From a virus (taxonomy: Duplodnaviria > Caudoviricetes), in the IMG/VR virus record IMGVR_UViG_3300032295_001119, positions 1 to 53,497 of that record: 53,497 nt of DNA; one strand, given 5' to 3'. How positions within the stretch are numbered: position 1 is the stretch's first letter; each line of letters starts with the position of its first letter. The notes under the pieces were generated by a model. It was given only the letters and a program-made list of their open reading frames with translations. It made no database searches and was not told the origin of the DNA. The position numbers were made by a program, and so were the translations under genes. Positions 46,948-53,497 of this stretch are shown piece by piece.

Positions 46948-47478
46948 ATTTAATTCTTTAAGTTTATTTATATAGTGTTCTTCACCTTGACTGACAGTTG
47001 AACGCCAATCAACTAATGAATCTTCATTGGCACCATCACTGACAAACTTATAACATAAAAATTCAGTATTGGTTTTCCTACATACCTTTGCAATAGCATA
47101 TGCTTCCATATCTACTACATCAGCAGGTATCAATAAATTACTATCTGTAACAAAGTTGTCACCTGTACTACAAGTTAGTCCATCACCATTATCAATGATG
47201 ATGGTATCTTCAAATGGTGTTTGACCTGGTTGACTGCCTAACTCACAACACATCATATCACGTTGAACAAATTTAGTCACTTGATGAAATCCTGACTTAA
47301 CAGTGACTCCACCTGCAGTGCCAAAGTTGATAACACGTTTAGGATTGTACTTAGCGATGAGTTCAGCCGCAGTCATTGCGGCATTGACTTTACCGACACC
47401 TGTATAGAATACATTCATGCTATATGACATATTAGGTGCTTCATCTTTCAAAGCAATCAATATCAAATCATTATACAT
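46933..47478 (-). CDS. MTA/SAH nucleosidase-like (PNP/UDP family)
   Basis: GVGKVNAA, NFGTAGG, TGD.F, DMEAYA, K.VSD. Confidence 0.85.
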   Translation of the reverse strand: MYNDLILIALKDEAPNMSYSMNVFYTGVGKVNAAMTAAELIAKYNPKRVINFGTAGGVTVKSGFHQVTKFVQRDMMCCELGSQPGQTPFEDTIIIDNGDGLTCSTGDNFVTDSNLLIPADVVDMEAYAIAKVCRKTNTEFLCYKFVSDGANEDSLVDWRSTVSQGEEHYINKLKELNISLV

Positions 47479-47493
47479 CAAATGTCCTATGTT

Positions 47494-47570
47494 TGGCGTG
47501 ACTAGAGGGATTCGAACCCCCGACCGTTTGCTTAGAAGGCAAATGCTCTATCCTACTGAGCTATAGTCAC
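47494..47570 (-). tRNA. tRNA-Arg(TCT)
   Basis: Cloverleaf; anticodon arm TTTGC-CTTCTAA-GCAAA. Confidence 0.93.
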
Positions 47571-47616
47571 ATTATTTTGTTATTATAACAAGGGTTTGAT
47601 TTCTAGTCAAATTATT

Positions 47617-47691
47617 TGGCTCCCCAGCGTGGGCTCGAACCACGGACCAATTGATTAACAGTCAACTACTCTACCACTGAGCTACAAGGGA
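47617..47691 (-). tRNA. tRNA-Asn(GTT)
   Basis: Cloverleaf, CCA. Confidence 0.92.
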
Positions 47692-47698
47692 ATATATT

Positions 47699-47773
47699 TG
47701 GTGCCGACTATCGGATTCGAACTGATGACCTATCGCTTACAAGGCGATTGCACTACCACTGTGCTAAGTCGGC
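47699..47773 (-). tRNA. tRNA-Thr(TGT)
   Basis: Cloverleaf, CCA. Confidence 0.9.
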
Positions 47774-47790
47774 GTATACTTTAACAATAT

Positions 47791-48471
47791 TTATATGTGT
47801 ATATTAGTATTCGACAATTTTAATTGTTCGCACACAACGTTAAAAATTAGTTGATGTCCTAATCTATTAACATGTGCTCCGTCCGGGTAAAAAAATTGTC
47901 TGGATTCTTTATCTGAACCCAAATTATCATTTATTTTTTTTATTTCTATTAATTCATCAAAATCCAAAAAGTTCTTTGAAAGGAAAGGTATCCAATCGCT
48001 AAACCATAAGGTGTGTTTAAAATTTGGTAAGCATAATTCAATCACACTAGGTATCAGTGCATGTAGATTTTCAAATCTACTTATATTACTGTGTAACTTG
48101 TAACAACCACCAATACAATAAATTTTAACACCTAAATTGTTTAGTTTCGTGTATATCATATCCATTCTAGCCTTAGCAAATAATTGCATCTGCTCGATTG
48201 ATGTAATATTTTTGAAATTATCATATGGTCGAAGATCACGTAGCGGATCAGTCTGAAACCATATTATGTAATCGGGAACTGGTTTAGTTTGCAAACTATC
48301 TTCTAGTAAACTAGATGATACCTTGTTAGAACAACCAGGTTTTGAAATATTTTTTACTTCATGTCCTGATTGCTCTAAAAAGTACTGCAAGCCAGAGTGC
48401 TTTACTTCATAAGGATTATGTCCCCATTCTCCGCATCCCCAACTATCACCTGCTATTAAAAATATTGCCAT
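47791..48471 (-). CDS. SGNH/GDSL-like protein
   Basis: GDSWG, G.SN, DGAH.N. Confidence 0.55.
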   Translation of the reverse strand: MAIFLIAGDSWGCGEWGHNPYEVKHSGLQYFLEQSGHEVKNISKPGCSNKVSSSLLEDSLQTKPVPDYIIWFQTDPLRDLRPYDNFKNITSIEQMQLFAKARMDMIYTKLNNLGVKIYCIGGCYKLHSNISRFENLHALIPSVIELCLPNFKHTLWFSDWIPFLSKNFLDFDELIEIKKINDNLGSDKESRQFFYPDGAHVNRLGHQLIFNVVCEQLKLSNTNIHI

Positions 48472-48472
48472 T

Positions 48473-49033
48473 CTAAGAAAGCAAAATTCTACTATGCTTA
48501 GGAACACCTGATAGCAAGTATTCCATTTGATCTGCAAGGATCGTGCGGTTTTGCAGAATCATGTTTTCATAATGGTTAGGTTCATAAGGAACATACAACA
48601 GTTCCATACGTGCTTCCTTCAATGTCTTGTGACCCTTCTTAGAGTTACAGTCCTTACATGATGTAACAACGTTCATCCAAGTGTTTTCACCACCGTGATA
48701 ACGAGGAAGAATGTGGTCACGACTCAAGCTAGTATGGTTAGGGAAATGACCACCACAGTATGCACACACATATCGGTCACGACCGAACAGTGTACGGTTG
48801 CTCAATGCAACATGACTATGCTTATGAGGGTTAAATCCATGACCCTTGATAGCAATGATAGAAGGAGTTTCTAGGTAACTTTCAGTGCCGTCCTTTTGAA
48901 CGCCACCACGATACTTAGCCACAATATCGCCCATTGACCATGCGACTGAATTAGTCGCTTGATATGAAATTGCGTCATCGTATGAGATCCACTGCCGGGG
49001 AACTCCTGAAATGTCTAGTGCTAGAACAGCCAT
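48473..49033 (-). CDS. HNH endonuclease
   Basis: RD...CAYCG...DHILP...GG..TW.N....C..CN..K. Confidence 0.88.
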   Translation of the reverse strand: MAVLALDISGVPRQWISYDDAISYQATNSVAWSMGDIVAKYRGGVQKDGTESYLETPSIIAIKGHGFNPHKHSHVALSNRTLFGRDRYVCAYCGGHFPNHTSLSRDHILPRYHGGENTWMNVVTSCKDCNSKKGHKTLKEARMELLYVPYEPNHYENMILQNRTILADQMEYLLSGVPKHSRILLS

Positions 49034-49078
49034 GTTAAACTCCTTTGCTTCACTGTCTACATTTATTTAATGCCTTGT

Positions 49079-49155
49079 TGGAGGGACATGAGGGATTTGA
49101 ACCCCCGACCATTGGTTTCGAAGACCAAGACTCTTCCGAACTGAGTTAATGTCCC
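49079..49155 (-). tRNA. tRNA-Arg(TCG)
   Basis: Cloverleaf; promoter 49164-49192 directly upstream. Confidence 0.88.
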
Positions 49156-49197
49156 GTAATTGTATTATATGACAAACACCATTATTTGTCAAACGTT

Positions 49198-49273
49198 TGG
49201 TAGCGACAGCCGGACTCGAACCAGCCACACACGGATTTTCAATCCGTTGCTCTACCTGATGAGCTATGTCGCC
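49198..49273 (-). tRNA. tRNA-Phe(GAA)
   Basis: Cloverleaf, CCA. Confidence 0.9.
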
Positions 49274-49277
49274 ATTG

Positions 49278-50753
49278 TTATTTTTTTAATAAAGTGAATA
49301 ACTTTGTTTTGTATTCTTGAATAAATTTAGGTATCGCATGTGTTGATAACAGATCATACCTAAAATCTTTAAATGCAGTTTCTCTTACGTCATCCAATTT
49401 GTATCCATGATTCACTAGTTCAAACAAATCATGACCCGAAACTTTAAAATACGGCATGTCTCTAGATGAACTATTGCACTGCACTGCGATGCGACTAGCT
49501 ATAGCAGAATTTAAATGTTCATTTTTCCAGACATTATACCCTGATTCATTTTTCGTAACTGTATATCCATACTTTTCGTAATTGAGATCGATATCACTCA
49601 AAAAACTAATGTCTTGGTTGATGTAAAGGGCTCTTGTAACCCAACTGTGTAACGCTAGTTCTCCTCTAGCTAACTGAGTAGTTGTTTGAATTAAGCTAGA
49701 AACAGGTTCATCAGGTAATCCAATAATGAAGCTTCCGTGCATACTTATTTCTGGGTATGTTTTTCGTATTTTTGTTATAGTGGCTGTCTGCTTTTCTCTA
49801 TTATAGCCTTTACCTATTATTTTACCTGTCTTTTCGTTCATTGTCTCTATACCAAAATAGACACATCTGATTCCTATTTCATACATCGTATGAATCATTT
49901 CAGGACGAACACATATCAAATCTAATCTTGAATAGCACCAAAAGTATGGTTTAAAAGGTAACCTCTTTACCATGTCAGCAATAGTATTAAGTTTTTCTTC
50001 ACTGTCATTGAACGTATCGTCTACGATTATGTAGTGAGTGACTCCAAACTTTTCATAATTTTCTAACAACTCTTGATACAAGATATCAGATTCTTTTATG
50101 TAGTCTAGTTTGTTTTTTCCATTCAATGGGAACGAGCAAAACTTACATTTAAAAATACATCCTCTACCTATCTCTATGGGAAGAACTTTATGGTTAACTA
50201 CATCTGTCTCTTCCCAAATCATTTTATCTAAACTGAAATCATAACCAGATGCGGTTCTATCATCAATGATAGTAATTCCATATAAATTTTTCATTGCATT
50301 GTTTAAAGGATCACCTTTGGTTAAATGATTCAATAGATTTACAATGCTTATTTCACTGTATCCCAACACTACATAATTTATGTTTTTGTTGTCATACATA
50401 TTGGACGTTTTACTTCCACCAACTGCAAACTTTATGTTCTTATTTTTACTACGTATGTAGGATATCACTTCATCTTCAAATTCCTTACCTTGTGGCAAGA
50501 TAAAATTTGTTCGTGCGTATCCTACAGTTTTTAAAAAAGTAGTGCTGAATCCAAGCAACTTAGTTTGATCGGACACTGTTAAATCAATCAAGTCCTTAAT
50601 CTCATTAAGTGAAAAAGTTGATACGTGATTGACTACTAAAGCTTTGTACCCATTCTTTCGCAAAACACACGCAACCTTGAAGGCTCCCAGTGGGGCAGAA
50701 ATCTGAATAGTATCAGAATCATTGTTGTCTGTGAAAATTATAGCGTCATACAT
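49278..50753 (-). CDS. Radical SAM protein with B12-binding-like N-domain
   Basis: RGCIFKCKFC, DDTFND, GIET, FIIGLP.E. Confidence 0.85.
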   Translation of the reverse strand: MYDAIIFTDNNDSDTIQISAPLGAFKVACVLRKNGYKALVVNHVSTFSLNEIKDLIDLTVSDQTKLLGFSTTFLKTVGYARTNFILPQGKEFEDEVISYIRSKNKNIKFAVGGSKTSNMYDNKNINYVVLGYSEISIVNLLNHLTKGDPLNNAMKNLYGITIIDDRTASGYDFSLDKMIWEETDVVNHKVLPIEIGRGCIFKCKFCSFPLNGKNKLDYIKESDILYQELLENYEKFGVTHYIIVDDTFNDSEEKLNTIADMVKRLPFKPYFWCYSRLDLICVRPEMIHTMYEIGIRCVYFGIETMNEKTGKIIGKGYNREKQTATITKIRKTYPEISMHGSFIIGLPDEPVSSLIQTTTQLARGELALHSWVTRALYINQDISFLSDIDLNYEKYGYTVTKNESGYNVWKNEHLNSAIASRIAVQCNSSSRDMPYFKVSGHDLFELVNHGYKLDDVRETAFKDFRYDLLSTHAIPKFIQEYKTKLFTLLKK

Positions 50754-50766
50754 CGATATATTTATA

Positions 50767-50940
50767 TCACTTAGGTTCAGCTATTTTCTTTAGTGATTCT
50801 TTCTTCATAAGACAATCACGTTGCGTTCCTAAACGAAAGACTCGCAAGTATTCAACACCATCAATCACCTGAATGTCTTTGGCGTTCTTGCAATAAAATT
50901 TCTCCCTATTGCGGAGATTCTCAAAGTAAATTGTTTTCAT
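50767..50940 (-). CDS. Small protein (57 aa)
   Basis: AAGGA RBS, MKTIYFENLRNREKFYC... Confidence 0.6.
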   Translation of the reverse strand: MKTIYFENLRNREKFYCKNAKDIQVIDGVEYLRVFRLGTQRDCLMKKESLKKIAEPK

Positions 50941-50953
50941 TTTATTTCCTTGT

Positions 50954-51039
50954 TGGTGCTCCGAGTGAGATTCGAACTCACACCTCTTGGGTCACAGCGT
51001 TCTCAACACTGCCGGTCTGCCAATTCCCTGCACCGGAGC
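50954..51039 (-). tRNA. tRNA-Leu(GAG)
   Basis: Cloverleaf with variable arm. Confidence 0.85.
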
Positions 51040-51045
51040 TTATAT

Positions 51046-51133
51046 TGGAGGAAAGCTAGAGAATCGAACTCTAACCTATTACTAGATCCATCTGTTTTCG
51101 AAACAGTGCCAATCCCAGACTAGTTAACTTTCC
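51046..51133 (-). tRNA. tRNA-Ser(CGA), atypical D-arm, U73
   Basis: Long variable arm, loop TTCGAAA. Confidence 0.75.
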
Positions 51134-51146
51134 TGACTGTTAGTTA

Positions 51147-51653
51147 TCAAATAACAAACGGAATGTCATGCACTGTTCGTACACTAATACAATATCTTTC
51201 AGAATCAGTGTTGTTTATTATCCTATGTGGAATTTTTGTATTGACCCACATCATATTACATTCTGTCTTTTCTATAACTGCTTCTTCTAAGACTTTGTAC
51301 ATTTTTTGTCCGGTTGGCGTAGTGAAATCATACTCAAGTTTATCCAAATCAAACCACTCCATGTATCCGTTATTTGTTACAACAAAATTGAATGCATGGT
51401 ATGAATTATCTACATGTAATAGTGTAGTATAATTTGGTGCTAATCTAAAAACTTCAACGATATGCCAATACTTAGCAAATCTAACAAGACCTTCTTCTGA
51501 TAGAAGGCGATGTTTAGGAACTTTAAGAATAGAATGTGTATCTAAACTACCAAAACGAGGATAAGTTTTTTCTGCCTCATGTATTCTTTCCAAAATATTG
51601 TCTTTAATATAGGTATTATAAATTTCAGGTAATCGAATGTAATACGTGCTCAT
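51147..51653 (-). CDS. Cupin/2OG-Fe(II)-like protein
   Basis: HVD...NT.IPH.I.N....R. Confidence 0.55.
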   Translation of the reverse strand: MSTYYIRLPEIYNTYIKDNILERIHEAEKTYPRFGSLDTHSILKVPKHRLLSEEGLVRFAKYWHIVEVFRLAPNYTTLLHVDNSYHAFNFVVTNNGYMEWFDLDKLEYDFTTPTGQKMYKVLEEAVIEKTECNMMWVNTKIPHRIINNTDSERYCISVRTVHDIPFVI

Positions 51654-51669
51654 AAATTTTATTTATACC

Positions 51670-51760
51670 TGGCAGAGAGTGAGGGATTCGAACCCTCGTG
51701 CCGTGTAACACGACCATCATCTTTCCAAGATGTGCCTTTAAACCTCTCAGGCAACTCTCT
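51670..51760 (-). tRNA. tRNA-Ser(GGA)
   Basis: Cloverleaf with variable arm. Confidence 0.88.
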
Positions 51761-51766
51761 ATTGTT

Positions 51767-51845
51767 TGGTACCCCCTCTCGGAGTCGAACCGAGAACACT
51801 CTTCCTTTTGAGAGAAGCGACTTTGCCAAATTTGTCCAAGGGGGC
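51767..51845 (-). tRNA. tRNA-Leu(CAA), short variable loop
   Basis: Cloverleaf, CCA. Confidence 0.85.
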
Positions 51846-51853
51846 ATAAATTC

Positions 51854-51928
51854 TGGTGCTCGGTACTGGGATTGAACCAATGACCTCTTCGATGTCAACG
51901 AAGCGTTCTACCACTGAACTAACCGAGC
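51854..51928 (-). tRNA. tRNA-Val(GAC)
   Basis: Cloverleaf, CCA. Confidence 0.9.
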
Positions 51929-51949
51929 GTGAACTGTATAAATAAAACG

Positions 51950-52525
51950 ATGAATGAGTATTTTTCAAAAACCACACTACCCGCACCTGCTGTTGATTGG
52001 AAATCAATATGGCCAGAGATAGTATCTAATGATGATCCCATTGACATTGGTCCTAGGTTTCGTTTGATTGATCCTAGATCAGCAACACTTTCAAATTTGT
52101 GGCCTGAGGGAGATTTTGCCAGTCGATTAAAAAATGTAGGTCTTTATCCATACATTATTAGAATTTTTAGATGGGCTCCAAATAGAAGTTTTGCTTGGCA
52201 CATTGATGGGACAAACAAACCTAGATTCTGTGCATTAAATTGGATCCTAGATGGATTTGGTCAAATCCAATGGGATAGCAAATTTAAGTGGGACGAATCT
52301 ACCGGTACTAATGTAACCTTTAAAAATAAAATCGGAAACGATAACGATCCGTTTGAAATAGACTCAGATGGACATTCATGTTTAGTCAACACGTTAATCC
52401 CACATAGAGTTGTAAATTTCAACAGCGTTCACCGAGTCAGTATCAGTGTGTTAGTTAATGAAACCTTCAGTTACGCTGAAGTATATAATAGACTTGCATC
52501 AGTTGAACTGATACAATCATTATAG
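51950..52525 (+). CDS. Cupin/2OG-Fe(II)-like protein
   Basis: WHID...NT.IPH.V.N....R; TATAAATA upstream. Confidence 0.55.
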   Translation: MNEYFSKTTLPAPAVDWKSIWPEIVSNDDPIDIGPRFRLIDPRSATLSNLWPEGDFASRLKNVGLYPYIIRIFRWAPNRSFAWHIDGTNKPRFCALNWILDGFGQIQWDSKFKWDESTGTNVTFKNKIGNDNDPFEIDSDGHSCLVNTLIPHRVVNFNSVHRVSISVLVNETFSYAEVYNRLASVELIQSL

Positions 52526-52533
52526 AATAAAAC

Positions 52534-52644
52534 AGGATACCATTCTTGACGAATGCTCTACCAGATGAGCTAATTACGCATGAAGCGTGATACTGGAATC
52601 GAACCAGTTACCTATCGTTTGGATAGTTTTGCTGTTAGTATCCT
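52534..52644 (-). ncRNA. ACAGCAA-family ncRNA E: circularly permuted tRNA mimic (YrlA Y-RNA-like)
   Basis: AGGATAC-TAACAGCAA, then T-arm, loop-closed acceptor stem, D-arm, then GTATCCT. Confidence 0.85.
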
Positions 52645-52649
52645 AAAAC

Positions 52650-52725
52650 TGGTCTCCCCAGGAGGATTCGAACCCCCACCGCCTGACCCCAAATCAGGAA
52701 CGCTACCTGGTTACGCTATAGAGAG
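52650..52725 (-). tRNA. tRNA-Pro(TGG), second copy
   Basis: Cloverleaf, loop TTTGGGG. Confidence 0.88.
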
Positions 52726-52732
52726 ATAATTC

Positions 52733-53101
52733 TTAATATGAGGAAATAGATTTCCACTTGTACTTTCTAGCACAACGAATGCTACTACTCATTGCTGCCG
52801 CACAAGGAAACTTGTGACCTTTTCTAAATGTCCACTCATTTAGTTTGAACCCTTTTAATATTCGATCACCGTTCCACCATCTACGCTCAGTTTCAATATA
52901 ACCTAGTTCTTCTAACTGGTTACGCAACTTAGTGAACTCGTCATGGTCTTTGTTACCTATACTGACAGCTTTATCGTATCCTTTAAGGATTTTGATTAGA
53001 TCATCGTGTGTAGGGTTGTTACGATCTTTGATAAAGTCGTGTTCAGTCCTGACAGTAACATCACATATAAAACTTTCATCAATAGTGAATTGTTTTAACA
53101 T
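52733..53101 (-). CDS. Hypothetical protein
   Basis: AAGGA RBS. Confidence 0.65.
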   Translation of the reverse strand: MLKQFTIDESFICDVTVRTEHDFIKDRNNPTHDDLIKILKGYDKAVSIGNKDHDEFTKLRNQLEELGYIETERRWWNGDRILKGFKLNEWTFRKGHKFPCAAAMSSSIRCARKYKWKSISSY

Positions 53102-53266
53102 TATAGTTCCTTATAGATTGGGAGCCTAGCTATCTGTCGTTACTCAGCCTTGCTAGATTGTCTCGTACACAAGAGTTTATGCTACCTATGTAATCATACT
53201 ATAGTGTCACACACCAGCATAGTGTGCTAGATTACTCGGGACTCATCGTGCCGTCTATCCCTTAAC

Positions 53267-53341
53267 TGGTACCCGGTGATGGTTACGATCCATCTACAGC
53301 TGCCTTATCAAGACAGTACCTCACCATTCGGTCTACCGGGT
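53267..53341 (-). tRNA. tRNA-Ile(GAT), atypical T-loop
   Basis: Cloverleaf; T-loop ATCGTAA. Confidence 0.75.
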
Positions 53342-53354
53342 ATAAAATTAATTT

Positions 53355-53428
53355 TGGTGCTCCATGACAGAATTGAACTGCCGTATCCGCGTTACAAAGG
53401 CGGTGTAATACCATTATACGAATAGAGC
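53355..53428 (-). tRNA. tRNA-Thr(TGT), second copy
   Basis: Cloverleaf, C:C mismatch at base of anticodon stem. Confidence 0.8.
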
Positions 53429-53432
53429 TAAT

Positions 53433-53497
53433 TGGTGGAGATGCCGGGATTCGAACCGCGGACAAGAACTTTTACAGAGTTAGAGCTATAGAGTTGC
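53433..53497 (-). ncRNA. Truncated tRNA-like RNA (GTA anticodon arm, T-arm, CCA; no normal D-arm visible)
   Basis: GCAACTC...AACT-CTGTAAA-AGTT...GGTTCGAATCC-CGGCATCTCCACCA; cut by window end. Confidence 0.55.

Noticed and set aside
48473-49033. HNH as intron-encoded or Cas9/IscB-like nuclease
   Set aside because: Stand-alone 186 aa, with no RuvC motifs and no interrupted host gene or intron core seen.

Overview
A 53.5-kb segment of a large T4-like (myovirus-type) bacteriophage genome, read almost entirely on the minus strand, in the standard genetic code. A betaproteobacterial or freshwater-type host is inferred from gene content, not proven. From left to right it holds: virion fibre genes, including a (Gly-X-Ser)n protein the ORF track missed; host-like genes (erpA, SOD, infA, fdxA, dCMP deaminase); an NAD salvage set (NadV, macrodomain, NadM-Nudix); rIIA/rIIB; many small early genes behind about 20 sigma70 promoters; an ArfA-like rescue factor; a phosphoesterase/kinase/DUF2828-vWA (Ro60/TROVE-like) module; rpoZ; and 32 complete tRNA genes interleaved with AT-rich enzyme genes behind TAAATA late-type promoters. 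The best candidate for a new system is a family of at least five ncRNAs that share a covarying 7-bp terminal helix plus an ACWGCAA motif but carry different cargo. The cargos are a circularly permuted tRNA (YrlA Y-RNA architecture), a tRNA-Arg(UCU) anticodon-arm mimic, and large structured domains. Three copies lie in tandem directly upstream of the DUF2828/vWA gene, which suggests a phage Ro60-like RNP with modular tRNA-mimic RNAs. All family assignments are by-eye motif recognition; no database searches were run.
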